NCBI GenBank assembly: GCA_004022145.1 | Contig: RCNU01000008.1 | Strand: one strand, 5' to 3' | Length of the DNA: 64,000 nt | Origin: Paecilomyces variotii | Lineage: Eukaryota | Made by a program: the position numbers and the translations under genes | The notes under the pieces: generated by a model | Told to the model about the DNA's origin: nothing | Databases searched by the model: none | Seen by the model: only the letters and a program-made list of their open reading frames with translations | Part shown: positions 36,207 to 49,744 of the stretch, piece by piece | How the letters are laid out: every line of letters begins with the position of its first letter | How positions within the stretch are numbered: the first letter of the stretch is position 1

Positions 36207-37284
36207 TCACCCCTGAAGGGAGAAATTATCGAAAAAGTCGATGACAATATCGTTCGCTTCGATAGGCTGAGGTCCTACACCTGCTACAGCCATATCTATA
36301 TTCATGGTTTTCGATGGCCAGTCATGACCTAAATCACTGTGAGAAATACGTTCGAGTCCTCTGAAAGTTGGATGCATACCATTCTTGTCGACTTTCCAGT
36401 GCTGAAGTGTCCCATTGATCCCTTTGCAGGTCCAGACGGTATGATGTACGTTACCATTGTCACTGTTGTAAGTAGTGTTCGACGTACATCCGTTCCTCTG
36501 CTGCCAGAATCCCAGCCTGATAATTTCTTGATCAGTGAAACTCGAGCAGATGACAGATTCTCGTTTCCCTTACCAAACTGGAATAGGAGGTAGAAGGCCG
36601 CCTTCTCCTTGACCGCCGTTATAATATACAGACTTGTCACTTCCACCATGGATTTCCAAGATCGGAAGAGGTGACCTTGCAGGCTTGCAGCCATCGCTTG
36701 TGCCATTGACATCAGTGTAGAAGGAACCGGCCACAGGAGCAAGTGCTGCGAACAGCCCACCTACACTGGCGCAAGCCAAGGTGCCGACAAACCCGCCCCC
36801 GTTGGACAACCCGGTGGCGTAGATACGAGAACTGTCCACCTTATACTGTTTTTCCAGGTCGATGATCAGATCGCTCACAAATTGCAGGTCTTCCGCAACA
36901 GAGACCTTGCCATAGCTTGGTCCTGCCCAAACCCCACCGACGCCATTGGGATAGACGAAGAACCTCTGCGTGCCTGGTTAGTTCCCACCAGCTGGGCAAA
37001 GTACAGTGCAGACTGACATCTTTCGAGTATTTCGTGGGTATGGTGGGGAGGCTCAATCTGATGTCCGCCTCGAAGGCGAACCCATCTACATCATAACCAA
37101 TTTCACTTGATCCGTGAAAGGCAATTACCACGGGATAGTTTTTGGTTTCGTCGTATTCATCTGGAGAACGGACCCAATAGCTTCGAGTGCGACCGCTACT
37201 TGTCAAGGTATTCAAGGTAGCAGATACTGCGGTCGTGAAGAGCAGCCACAACGCCAGAAGCAAACGAGATGAGAGTGCCGCCAT
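36207..37284 (-). CDS. Secreted carbohydrate esterase family 1 enzyme (feruloyl/acetyl esterase, FaeC-like)
   Basis: Signal peptide MAALSSRLLLALWLLFTTAVSA, PVVIAFHG, nucleophile elbow IYATGLSNGGG, ILEIHGGSD and GHDWP. Four exons; stop TGA at 36209-36207. Confidence 0.85.
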
Positions 37285-37847
37285 GGTGTTGAGAGCTCCC
37301 TCAAATAATGGTACCGGATGAATGAAATGGTTATAGAGGTAGAACAAGACTGCGAGCGTTCATACTGCGAGGCGATGAGCCATCGTGCAGCTAAAAGACC
37401 GAGAAAGCCAAAGGGACCGTCTGTCAGTGCCAGCTGACGATGTTACGCAGGAACAGTGCGTATGACCCGAACAGGATCGTTGTTGAGTTGATCTGGATAA
37501 TAATGATAATGGTAATGATGATGGATACCAATTTTCAGGGGAACAACGTGAAGTCGCGAGATCCCGAGATGCAACCCTGCCCCACTCCGGTTTAGGAAGG
37601 AAGAGGCAGCTGGTCGCTTTCTTCCCAATCAAGACGGCAGATAGAAGGTCGGGTGTAGTATCTGGACTTTCCATGTGCAAATCGTCCTCTGGGCATATCA
37701 AACTATCGCAGAGCAGGCCGACCAGTTCTCCGTGACTTTATCTATCCTAAAGTGCTTACTTGTGTGATATATAGCGGCATATGCTCTGGCTCTGTCATCT
37801 GCACGGTGCATACTGACCTCTTAGGGCCCTTGGACATCCTTCCCATG

Positions 37848-37856
37848 ATTGGTGGA
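37848..37856 (-). promoter_or_regulatory. Galacturonic-acid-responsive element (TCCNCCAAT, candidate GaaR site)
   Basis: Plus-strand ATTGGTGGA is TCCACCAAT on the minus strand, an exact consensus match, in the shared upstream region of the esterase and pgxB. Confidence 0.6.
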
Positions 37857-38221
37857 AAAAGCTACTCGTCTTCACCCCGGGACTGCGTCTACAGAAAAAC
37901 AACAGAATCATATACTGGTTTAATTATCGTTCGTATTATTGTTGCTGCTATCTGGAAAATGAGAATAGTTAGACCGAAAAGGACGCTGAAGACTAGTCTT
38001 TCGCTTGAAGAGAAAAGTGCCATCTGTCTTATCTTCAATGGCTCTCCAATGGTACAGTCATCTTTCCTGTTTTATCTCCAGTTAGCTTTTGTGTGCTTTG
38101 GAGGTGTTCTTGTAATCAGTCGCTTAATCTCCAGAGACTTCCTAGGAGTGTCCGAAATGAGATAAATAGTAATATGCACCCGGCGTTGAGCCCGTTGGGT
38201 TGAGTTCCTGTCATCCTACAG

Positions 38222-38400
38222 GCGGAGAAATCCCCAGCTCCGTCCCATTCCCCGCAATTCGCTATGACATTTCAGATATTTGACCCCATTACGAGTCAAG
38301 TCTCACGCTCTGGGGAAAGCTAGGATATCCAGCTGCCCAAAAGAACAATGGTATCAGAGATGGCTTTTCCTGAATGGGGAGGAGACTGGCCCGTATAAAA
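38222..38400. promoter_or_regulatory. pgxB proximal promoter: four SYGGRG (CreA-type) sites and a TATA box
   Basis: GCGGAG 38222, CCCCAG 38232, CCCCGC 38250, CTGGGG 38310; TATAAAA 38394-38400, about 70 bp before the ATG. Confidence 0.5.
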
Positions 38401-38466
38401 CAAGACTACGCGCCCTGATGTGCCCGTACTCGTACCGCAGTGTCATTTAACTATACGCATTCGATC

Positions 38467-40051
38467 ATGAGGCTCGTTACTCTGACCCCCTGGTTTTCTG
38501 TTGCTGCAAGCTGCTTGGCTATTGATAACATAATTCCCGGCGCTGAAGTCTTCCCAGCTAGTGATGGTGCAGCTTTGGAGAGAATCGGAGCTCAGCTTCC
38601 AGGATATCCTGATCGGCGTACGGTGACAATTAGACCCTCCAAGACTGACGACGATGATATCTCCAGCGATTTTTTATGGGGCATGAAAGTAGCCAATCAT
38701 GGCGGTAGGCTCCTGTTGAAGAAAGGAGAAACATACATAATCGGGAAGAAACTCGATCTCACCTTCTTGAATGATATCGAAGTGCAGCTGGACGGTGAAA
38801 TTCAGGTGCGTTTTCCCTCCGCCCCCTTCAGATTGGGACGGTGCACCAACTTAGTTATTTTTCCACCCTTTACAGTTCACAAACAATGTTACCTATTGGC
38901 AAGCGAACAACTTCTATTACGATTACCAGGATTCGATTTCCTTCTGGAGGTGGGGTGGTCAGGATATTAAGATCTTCGGCCAGGGTACTTTGAATGGTAA
39001 CGGTCAGATATGGTACAATGAGTTTGCGGGACATGAGATCCTGGTAAGATTCTAGTCGACATACCCAACCTGATCTAGATGCGCAAGGTGCTCATTCCAT
39101 ATTCCTGCACAGGACTCAAGTAATACATTCTACCGGCCAATTCTCTTCGTGGGTGAAAATGCAACTCGTGTCTCGATTGAAGGCATAACGGAGCTGAACT
39201 CTCCGTGCTGGAACAATTTTTTCGTCGGATCAAAAGATATCTCGTTCGATAATGTTTACATTCATGCATTTTCAACAAATGTCTCAGTAAGATATCTCGA
39301 AAGACTGCGTTTGGGCCAAGTTACTATTCGTGCTGACAGTCCTCTCACAGGCCCCGCCGAAGAATACTGACGGACTCGACTCGATCACTACGAACGGCAT
39401 CAGGTTTACTAATATGCGAGTTGATGTCGGTGATGACTGTTTCTCTCCGAAGCCAAATACAACAAATGTCTTTGTCCAGAATCTGTGGTGCAATAACACC
39501 CATGGTGTTAGCATGGGCAGTATCGGACAGTATGCCGGTGAAGAAGATATCATTGAAAACGTGTACATCGAGAACGTCACATTGCTGAACGGACAAGTAT
39601 GTTTCCTCGTTTATCTCCAGCTTGGCCAATCATTATACCATCCAAACTAATTACTTGTCAGAATGGAGCCCGCCTGAAAGCCTGGGCTGGACAAAACGTT
39701 GGCTATGGCCGCATCAACAACGTCACTTACAAAGATATCCGCATCGAAAACACCGATAACCCCATCGTCTTGGATCAATGCTACTATGACCTCAATGCAA
39801 CTGAATGCGCAGCCTACCCTTCCCGCGTCAACTTCACAAACATCGTCTTTGACAATGTGTCAGGGTCTTCGTCGGGGAAGGAAGGAAAAGTAGTTGCTGA
39901 CCTATCCTGTTCGCCAAATGCTGTTTGTTCGGGAATTCATCTTGAGGATATTAACTTGACGAGCCCAGCTGGTAGTCCGCCTGTGGTTATTTGTGATGGT
40001 ATTGATGGCGATATTGGTGTGAAATGTCAGTCGAGTAGTTCGAGTTCGTGA
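38467..40051 (+). CDS. pgxB: GH28 exopolygalacturonase B
   Basis: Signal peptide; IPGAEVFPAS...DDISSDFLWG...ANHGGRLLLKKGETYIIGKKLDLTFL, typical of Aspergillus PgxB; GH28 catalytic motifs NTDG, GDDC, THGVSMGS and RLK; four introns. Confidence 0.88.
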
Positions 40052-40398
40052 GAGGTTTAATCTCAGATGTTTTAAGCGGGATATGTACTCAAAAGGTCGG
40101 ACACAGGATATTATGAATTGCAATCTAGGATATAGAACTAGCGTGGACTGTCCATGTCAGCATTATCTGATAAAGACCTTCCCAGGTGGTCCAAGATCAA
40201 AATCTGTACCATCTTTACCAGAAATATGTCCCCGAGGCGGTCATTAGCCCCCTGTGCCAAACCCCCGAAATTACGATTAATAAACCATATCCTTTGTCCA
40301 GTGACAGTAGTCGACCCGAACCGTCAACGCACGAGCAGGCCCAAGAACCAGCACTCAGGAAACCAAATCTATCATATCCCTCGATTGCATTTCCATCC

Positions 40399-42031
40399 TC
40401 AGCCGCAGCACGTCAGCTCCGCGCATAGAGTCCCACAATTAATCTGGCATCTAGTGTTGGGTCTCTGCCGCAAGCTAGACCCCTCTCTCTCATGCTGTAC
40501 TGTCTCGGGTGATCCCACGAGCTCCGGCTGAAGGGTAGCTGAATGGATACCATATGCGTGAAAGCATTCATTGATGATTTTCGCCATTGCGAGGAAACTA
40601 GATACGGATCGATCCGATATGACGACATGCACGGAAGCAAGGGACTTTTGTTGGTTAAGACGCCAGACGTGGAGTTCGTGGATCGAGAGGACGCCTGGGA
40701 TCTATATAATACATTATAAGTTAGTATATTTTTTTCTGCTTTTGAAAATAGTCCTTTGTTTCTCTTGGGGAAGTTGTAATGCTAGTTATTACCAACCTTC
40801 TCAAGATCATGTTGCACATCTTCCAGGTCAACACCCGTCGGAACGCTTTCCAGGAGGATGAGACCGGAATGTCGCACTATATAGCTCGTCAACACTTGCG
40901 CACGTTGACGATCTGTAGTACTTGAGCTTAGTATACATACTCAGGGAGATGGATGAGATCAATATCATGAAAGCGATGCCCATCCCCACCGCTGGGTCGG
41001 CATAATATCGAGCATCATAGTGAGTGAGCCAGATCACCAAGGCCGATATTATTACTCCCACGTTATTGACAGCATCGCCTAGAATGTGTATCAAAACACC
41101 CATCGTTCCGAGATCATGGCCATGCGAACCTAGCTGGACAGTGTGATGGCGATGCTCATGGTGTTCGGGTTTAATTGACTGTGACCATTTCGTCAGGATA
41201 CAGGAGGCACTGTATGGGGGAGGAACTAAACCGACCTCTAGATCATACTGTCCTTCTTCATAAATGATATCCTCTGCGGCTTGTGGAGAAGAGGACAGTC
41301 CATGGTCATGTTCTGGATAAGTCAGCTACATGGTCGAGCATCCACGACGGTGTGAGTATAAGAGAGTCAGACTAACCGTGTAAGAACGAAGCACTTATGA
41401 GATTGAGCCCCAGTCCCACACATCCCACAATCAATATGAGCTTCGGGTTTTGGACCCCTGGTTCTCGAAGTCAGCATCAAACGTGAGTTCTAATGGGAAT
41501 CAAGCAGAAAGCGCACGCTGCAGCGAGATGAACCGTTGAAGAGACTGCAACAAGATGCTGATACCCAGAGCAAGGAGAAACACCCCGTTGAAGAATGCGC
41601 CTAATAGTTGTGCTCGTTGCCAGCCAAACGATAACCCCTTGGGTAAATCGTTTTTCGATGAGATCTGTAAAAGGTAAGGTATCAATGATCGGTTCCGCCC
41701 GAGAGAGACATGAATGTTCTTCACCTTGAGTGCTGTCAAGGCTACAATGAACCCGACTAGGTCATTCAACTGTATTGGACCGTATATTAGCCTCTGTTTA
41801 TATACCAAGAATGTGAGTATTTCACATACGTAGTGAAAGGCATCGGCAATTAAAGCAACAGAGCGTGTATAGAAGCCCACTGTGAAAAGTAATAGGTAGT
41901 TAGTTCAATATTTTCTCTAAAAGCAATCAAACCATGCCCACACCGGATATCTCAATAATAAAGAATGATAATGACACTCCAATCACTAGTGTCAAGCGGT
42001 GCGACCGCGACATCTTGGTTTTTAGGATCAT
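40399..42031 (-). CDS. Cation diffusion facilitator zinc transporter (Zrc1/Cot1-like)
   Basis: Multi-exon: ALIADAFHYLNDL, SFGWQRAQLLGAFFNGVFL, His-containing loop, MGVLIHILGDAVNNVGV, IHELHVWRL, HAYGIHSATLQPE; C-terminal C..CG..C...CCG. Confidence 0.9.
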
Positions 42032-43720
42032 ATTTTCAATAAGTAGATTAAGTGGATAATGAAGAGCTATGAGAAACACACGTGGAGAGCAAACATAGGG
42101 AGGAAAAATAACTACCCTATAAGTGTAGCAATATATGTATTAATGTGTGCATGGCGTAGATACCCAGGTCTTGCGCGACAAGCAGTGAATTAATCCGCAC
42201 TTTAAGGGCAACAGCATCTAGTAATCCTGTCCGACGCTAGCCGGGCCAGTTACACAGTACAACATTTGTTTGTAGTCACAATGAGATTCCTGCTATTCTG
42301 GGATTGTTCCTGCATTTTCTGCGTAACGTTTCTCAGAAGACCAATTATAGGATACCCATGATAATACTTCAGGTGTCTCAGGAGAGCCGCTGCGGGCTAT
42401 CTCCAGGCTATTTGAGGGCCATTAAGCTAATTATTGCTGCAGGGCTAGGTCACTATTCACTGCACAGAAAAAAGAAATATTAGCTTGGTGCTTTGTTTCT
42501 TATTTTCCATGCGATTTGTCAAAGCGATTAATTGACCGATGTGGAGCTTATATAGCAAATATTGAGAAGGCGTGTCTGGCTCATCCTTAAACGCGTCGTG
42601 GGTATTTACGAAGGCTAATTTTGGCAAGGAATCCTACAGGACGTAGTTTGAAAATGGCGTTGTTAGAGTAGTTCTAAACTATCGAGTCCTCCCGTCTATA
42701 AGACCGGGATAATACAAGAAGGCTCAATTGAAGGCAGTTTACCCCTACCTACTCTATTAGCAACGTACTTAAAACATTGCTTCGTTCGTTGCCAGTTATC
42801 ATTAACAGCTCTAGATTCGTATATCCTATACCCTTTCTGCGTCACAGCCACATAGTCCGTATATCTATACCCACTACACCATTCCCGGCCACTATCAGGA
42901 GCCTTCATCTCTACACAGCTCTCCTCAACGGATGGGCCTCCGTGTTAAGAAGGTACTCATTCAGACTGACAACTTGGGAATCCGAGAAGATCAGATAAAA
43001 ATACTTTAGCTTCTCCGCTAGCCAGAATGATTCCATGCGGTCTTCTTTCGGTGGATCGTCGACCTTCAGACCTCATGAGCGATGTCGGTGACGGTATGTT
43101 TGACTGTGGTTTTCGATGTCGTCCAGATTTATTCTACATGCCTGAGTACGTATCGTCCATCATCAATCTTGGTTATCCCAGGTGGGAGTCTTCTCATCTT
43201 GGTTTTTGTCATCTGGGAATACCTGGTGGACTTCACGATGCCATCTATCTTCTTCCTAGATGCAATTATGGCTTGATGAGGGAGAAATAGCTATCACCCC
43301 TCAAGCCGTGGTAAAACGAATAGTGACGGCAGAAAACTCCTGAAACAATCAGCAATAAAAATACGATCTTGTCCCTAATAGAACGCATAAATAACGGAGT
43401 CAAGCTTGTTCCTCAAGAAATAGTATCCATCTCCTTCCGACAGGAATTCATATGCAATGAAGTGAAAATAAGGTCGATTTAAGATAATTTAGCGCCCACG
43501 CTTCCGTTTCCAGGGTCCACGAACAGGGCTAGGATGTGTTTCGTACAGTCTAGTATATACTATTATCGCTATTATTATACGGGTAGTTAAGTAGAGGACG
43601 TTTGATTTTGGCCCCCAAACTACGAGTCGCGAAAATCGATTCAATCAATCACGGTTAATCATCACCAACAACTCGCATGGCTCGCTCGCCCTATTAGGCT
43701 ATTAGCGCCAGCCGCATGAA

Positions 43721-43850
43721 CTAGGTGCATCGATCTTGAAGCCACTAGGTGGCATGGGAGTAGTCGCCCTATAAGTAGCTGCCGTAATTACTCGGTTGAT
43801 CTGTGGACTTATAGTGGCGAGGTCTGGTGCCTAGCTTGTTTCTGTTTTTT
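43721..43850 (+). ncRNA. Candidate structured non-coding RNA (three-way junction followed by oligo-T), family unknown
   Basis: Hand-folded pairings: CUAG/GCAUC/GAUC (43721-43735) with 43821-43834; GCCAC-UAG-GUGGC hairpin (43741-43753); UCGCC-CUAUAAGU (43764-43776) with ACUUAUAG-U-GGCGA (43807-43820); T6 at 43845-43850. No expression evidence. Confidence 0.3.
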
Positions 43851-44256
43851 ACCCTTGTGCATCGCAATATGATCAAAGTGCTCTATTACTATGTATGATC
43901 TTTCTGCAGTTTATTGTACGTGCTCGTTGCAGACAGTAATCTCAGGACTGGATATGTCCTAGCTTTGGCCAATTTCAGGAGTCTTACGGAAAAGAAGAAA
44001 TTAATACATTAAAAAAATAGTACTGTGCTCTCCATGTGGCCATTTATATCCTTTCTTGATTCGCAAATACCAGATGATCGATCGAATATTCTATTTTTGC
44101 ATGTTGTGTGACGAAAGAAATCCGAGATTTTGTCGAACTTAAAACCACAAATTGTAGAAAAGAATCGTTAATCGTATCGTAAATTAACATTAGAAGGCAT
44201 GTCTATGTTCGCTCGAACTCCGTAACCATTTCCCATGCAAGTTGAGATATATCTCG

Positions 44257-45438
44257 TCATAGCGGCTTCCTTCCATAGACAAAGTGAAATTTGGAGTACA
44301 GGTGATGCTTCCTGCTCTGGAATTCGGCTTTGACTCCTGCGATCAAGTGTTGCACCTCTTCAGCAGGCATTTTCATCACTCGCGTAGCTACCGCGAGAGT
44401 ATAAGGTTCGACAGCTTCCAGCATACATAGGAGGTTGTATTGGCCGATCTCTTTCAGTTTGATGTCTTTGGGCCAGAGGCCAAGTGGCACCTATAGTGAT
44501 TCGTGTTGTTAGAGAAAAAAGAAAGAAAGAAAGAAAGAAACAGAAAAAAGAAGAAACAGTGTTCTCATTGATTATGGTGCGAAAAGCAAAAAAAAAGAGT
44601 GAGGGCGCGAACCTTGTAAATGTCATCCCTTACATCAACAAAACCCGCATCGATCAACCTTTGCCTCTGGGACGGCGCCTCATTGAAATTCTTCCCAACT
44701 CGTTCGCTAGCATCATTGATCATATTTTGCCAGTTCCGAATGAATTGAGTTGTCTCCAACGTCCCATCATCTGAGTGAGCTTCCGATTCGTATTCTTGCA
44801 TCTCTATCCATCCCCCGGGGACGAGATGCTCGTATGCCTGTCGATAAAGACGCGACCAATCTCCAATGCCTCCTGCCATTCCGCGGCCATGGATGAAGTC
44901 GAATTTCTCATCGGGGGGAAAGGTCCAGTCACTCTCCACATCATCAACGTAAAATCTGCAGTTTGGAGGTACCCAAGTTGGCTGTATGGGACTGAGATCG
45001 GTTCCAATGATCAACGCGTTGGGAAATTCATCGGCCATGTCGATGGCCCAGATACCTGTTCCCGTACCAATATCAAGGACGCGCCGTGGGGTTTGTGTAA
45101 TCGGCGCACGATATAGATATCCACCAAGCACTAGGCGACAAATATGGTGACCGAGATCAAGTCGGTTCTGTTCCGTATCGTCGTTCGGTAAGAGATATGC
45201 GCCTTCTCGATAGGCATGGTATCGACGGCCATTCTCGTATTTGTAGTTGAGAACCGATGAGGAGATCGAAGTGCTATTAGCACCATCTATCGATGCGAAC
45301 GCAGAGTCTGCATCTGACATACCCTGAATTTCGAATCAACGACTCTAAGTAGTGCGGAAAAGGCGCAAGGGCAAATATTTCGCTTACTTCGTCAGCCTGC
45401 AGAGGAATATCGACATCAGGCTGTCTCCGGTGTGCCAT
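44257..45438 (-). CDS. LaeA-like SAM-dependent methyltransferase (Methyltransf_23 type)
   Basis: YENGRRYHAYREGAYLLPNDDTEQNRLD, SAM motif VLDIGTGTGIWA, GTDLSPIQP, FDFIHGR, LVPGGWIE and PLGLWPKD...VYGRKP; three exons. Confidence 0.92.
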
Positions 45439-47832
45439 GCTCTCTACAGTGCAACAAAGATACAGCTTGCCACGTCCTTCGCAAGGCTATATGAGCACGC
45501 GAACCACACGTACAGGTATTAATGAGTAGTCCGCTATTTTCAGGCCCTGGTTGTAGTCATACATGTACATGACAGTTTGCGACACGGATGCAGACGTAAG
45601 GCATATGCGAACAGACCGAGAACTACATTGGTCTAATTGAGTCTTACACTTTATAGGAAGTCCTCATATGTGCTCGAGCCCTCTCCATTAATTGCGACTG
45701 CAGCATCGTGGAGAAAAGCAGCGAGGAGTGGAGAATAGAAAACCCAAACTTGGGAAAGTGTATATACTGTCCGCGATGAGCCAAAACTCCAGAAACAGCT
45801 CAAAATGGCGGGAATATCGCATTATAACCATGCTATTCGCCAGCGAAATGCATCCTTTGGCAGATCTGTTCGATACCCTCACATTATCGCGTCCCACCGA
45901 TCCCAACACATGTCTGCTCTTCAAGACACGAAGTCAGATAACTACACCCTTTCCCTGAGCTATACCAGCTGGCAATGATGCTACGGCGAACTTGGAACTA
46001 CGAAAGCATAAGAGCCCTTAGGAAGTGGCCCCGTCTCGTCCGAAGAAACTCCAGGTCTAGTCTGTAGGGCCAATAAACAAACCCGGAGAATTTTTCCCCA
46101 GATGACTTGATTATCTCCTAGAAGACGACAGGGTGGAAACAACGCGATTAGGACTTTCAGATCAGTTCTCTTGATACGTCATCTGCGGGATACTTACGTC
46201 TCCAGTCCAACAGACAGAAGCCACGCATTCGCATTTGATATTGTCCGATGCATATACTTATGTACTTTTGTTACTCCTTACTGTTGGAAGATCTCCCAAA
46301 TCAATCGAAGCAATTCTCAGACGCATCTGCCACTCGCACAAACATTTTATTATTTGGGACGACTGGTTTTTGGGCTCTGCGCTAGGGCAACTTTATTTTC
46401 TACCCACGCAACTTCCATTGGATTAGCACCGGCGTCTCAAAAACGGATCTGCACTGGCACTCTCGTTAAGAAGATATAATCATGGCGCTTGTTTGACTTC
46501 ACTTGTTTAGCGGCCTCCAATACACTGGTTCCAGGTGTCTCCTTCCCTTGTACAGTACAAACCATCGGGAATAGACGCCTGGCAGCGAAGAAGTAAATAT
46601 GCGTGTTATCCATACCATAGAATCTTAACCACGACCAAGTCCAGATTCACTTACAGGCAATTACGCAAAAGTAGAAGAATCCAAGGTCCGCAGACGTCGA
46701 GCTCCTCCCACTACTCTTGGATCCCTATGGTAGATCTCTGCACTTGAGACTTGCACATTCCCTAGATCTGGACAGGGATATACTGCGTGAAGGATCTGAT
46801 CTCGCAGCTTAAGTAGTCGGACATTTCCCCCAAAAAAAAAACGACAACCGGGAAATGTCTCAACAGTGGGTTAGTTACTCATCCCTGGGACTAGCCGCTT
46901 GCTAATTTACCTACCCTGCATATGAGAAAATCAGCTAACTAGGTAACTACAAGGCATGATCTTAGATATCAACCAGCTAGCTTTTTCACATAGAGATACG
47001 TCGACCTGGCTGCATTGAATCTACATGCTTCCAACTTCCGATTGGCAGTCATGATTTCATACTTATGTCCTTATCTCAATGTGGACCCCGGTTATAACCG
47101 TGTGACACCCTTGCTCGTACTCGATGCAGCAGGCTAATCGCGCAGACCGCGCCGCAGTTTGTCGGTCAGGAGTTCTCATGAGAGCCTCTGTCCAAACTGT
47201 TAAACCCAGCATGCGATCAAGGTGCAGCGGTAGCGCTAAATTAAATAACCAAGTCTATAATTACGATTACACTACAGTCAGGGATTACAAAAGCCAAAAT
47301 GTTCGACTAACGAATCTACTGAATTGCAACACTAGAGACTTTTCCCTCGCTTTTATAGATATATAATTGGTAATGCTAATAATAGGCACAATTTGACTTC
47401 AACACATAGGCAGATCCATATATGTGCTTGCACGACATGCCATTTATTCCACGCTGTAGAGTCCATTCTCATCAATCAATGACTGATTGAAATGCAAAAA
47501 AAAACAGCAGGGGATTCTATATCCAAAGGTATCACTCTATTGACAGAGCAGAAAATCAAAAGAGGGCAGATAGTGTAGAAACAAAAATAGGACGCGAAGC
47601 CTCCAAGAGAAGTCTAAGCGAACTTCTCCGAAAGCATGACATATGGATATACTACACCAACAAAGTAAGGAAGCATGTCCCCAACTGGCTTGAGTCATCG
47701 TACACATTTCCTGGTCGGAGAAGGACGACCACATGCAAGAGTCGCTAAGTACTTCCAAAAAACAAATTCTAGGCAAAAAAACGGGGGCGCGAAACCAAAA
47801 AAAAAAGGAAAAATCGGGGGAATGGAGGCTAT

Positions 47833-49744
47833 CTACATACTATCCTCACTCCACCTGCTCCTCGTCTTCTGATACGCATCTCTCTCACCTTTTCCTTCCG
47901 TGACATTCATGCCAATTCCCAATCCGCGCTCCACCCACTGCTTGCTTCCCATCTCCGTGAGACGGGACAGCAAACGGGCGAAGGCGAATACCTCCTCGTC
48001 GCCGCTGAAGTTGTCTTTGATAGCGGATACGGAAACGCCGAGGTTGCCCAGGGCGCCGCGCATCTCTTCGGGGAGGTCGTCATTTCCGGAGGAGTCGGAT
48101 TTAGAGAGGCTGTCTTTGATATCAGCATCAGAGAGGAAAAGTCTCTGGATGGGGACTTCGGCTGTGAGGACAAGTTTGGCCTGTGAGTGGGAATATTAGT
48201 CAGGTCCTCATTAACCTCTTTATGTGTGCACTTACTCTGCTCTCGTAGACAGCGTCTACGAAAGTGATGAATCTTCGAACCAGATCACGCTGGTTGAGAG
48301 TCATGGCTGGAATGTCGGTCACGATGAAAGCGTCGTAATGTCGGCACAATTCAATATAATCAGCAGCACCGGTCGCGCGTCCAAGGAGCTGCTGGAAGGT
48401 GAATCTTGCTGCTCTTCCACTTGCCAGCGGAACTTCGATTGTACGTCCCCAGACCTCGTGGGTGGCAGGGTGTGGAGGGTCGTTTACAGGGTCACCAAGA
48501 TATTCGAACCATTTGTCGGCGTGTCGCAGTGCACCCAGGTCCAGCGGGTGGTGGTAGACGCCGGATGGGGGACGTGGGATCTTACGGTAGTCGGTGTCGG
48601 AGTTGAGGTTCAGCACGGTGAGTTCGGTCTTGAGGAGCTCGATGCAGGGAATGAAGGATTCTCGCTGGATGCCATTCTTGTATAGCTCATCCGGGTGTCT
48701 ATTGGAAGTGGTCACGATAACCACACCGTGAGACATGAGCAATTCAATTAGTCTGCCACTTTGTCAGCCCAATTCAAAACCGTAGTCAATTTTTAACTCT
48801 AGGAAACTTCAAACATCCATACCTCCTCAGAATCATGGCGTCTGCGACATCCGTACATTGGAACTCATCAAAGCACAGAACGCTCGACTGCTCCGCAATA
48901 TCCGCAGCCACCATGGGCAACGAGTCAAAGTCGGTTCCATAGCGCATCTTAACCACATGCAGCCGCTTGTGCACATCCTGCATGAAATTATGGAAATGGA
49001 TTCTCGTCTTCGACGTGATATTTGATGGTAACGTATCGTAAAACAGATCCATCAGCATCGTCTTTCCGCATCCCACGTCTCCGTACATGTACAGACCCTT
49101 GGGAAGGTTGGGAGAGATAGTCGGACCACTGGGAGCGCTACGACGACCGAACAGCGAACCGAACAGGGAATGTTTCGGCTTCAGACTCAACGATTCGACA
49201 GTCGGATGCACCACTTTAGGAGGCTTGTATCCTCTCAGCATTTCGTGGAGGTCTTGGAGATGCTGAATGATCGCTATAGTTACAGAACAGTTAGTCCGAT
49301 TTGATTCTTCCAATAAATAAAATCTCTAAATACCAGCCTACCTCTCTGAAAGGGGTCATCCCTCAATGTCCCAGCCTTTACCCTGGCATTATACTCGGGG
49401 ATAGGACCCTCAGACGACGGTTTTCTCGCCTCTTGCTCCTCCACATCCTCCTCTTTAACAGCGACACCCTCACTCGCGGTCGCGAACTGGCGAGTAATAA
49501 TCCGCTGCTTCCCCAATCCTGCAGAACCGGAACCCGACGCGCTGCGCGTATCCAAGACAAGCGACGGTCCATACCCCACAGATTGTCTTAGCTGCTGCGT
49601 CCCAGCGTAATGCACGCATCGTCTCGACTCCCTAACGTGTTGTAATGGACCAGATCCTCGCGCCACAGAACCAAGCGCACCTCCAGCTCTTGAAGATGTA
49701 GCTCGTACGCATTGCGCACAGAGTCTTGTGGATGGTTGACTCAT
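47833..49744 (-). CDS. afg1: Mitochondrial AFG1/LACE1-family ATPase
   Basis: Arg-rich presequence; PKGLYMYGDVGCGKTMLMDLFY, LCFDEFQCTDVADAMILRR, TTSNRHPDELYKNGIQR, RRFITFVDAVYE and EEVFAFARLLSRLTEM; three introns. Confidence 0.93.

Noticed and set aside
42696..43290. Short ORFs that might be a gene remnant
   Set aside because: No recognisable family or consistent frame by eye; would need a blastx search.
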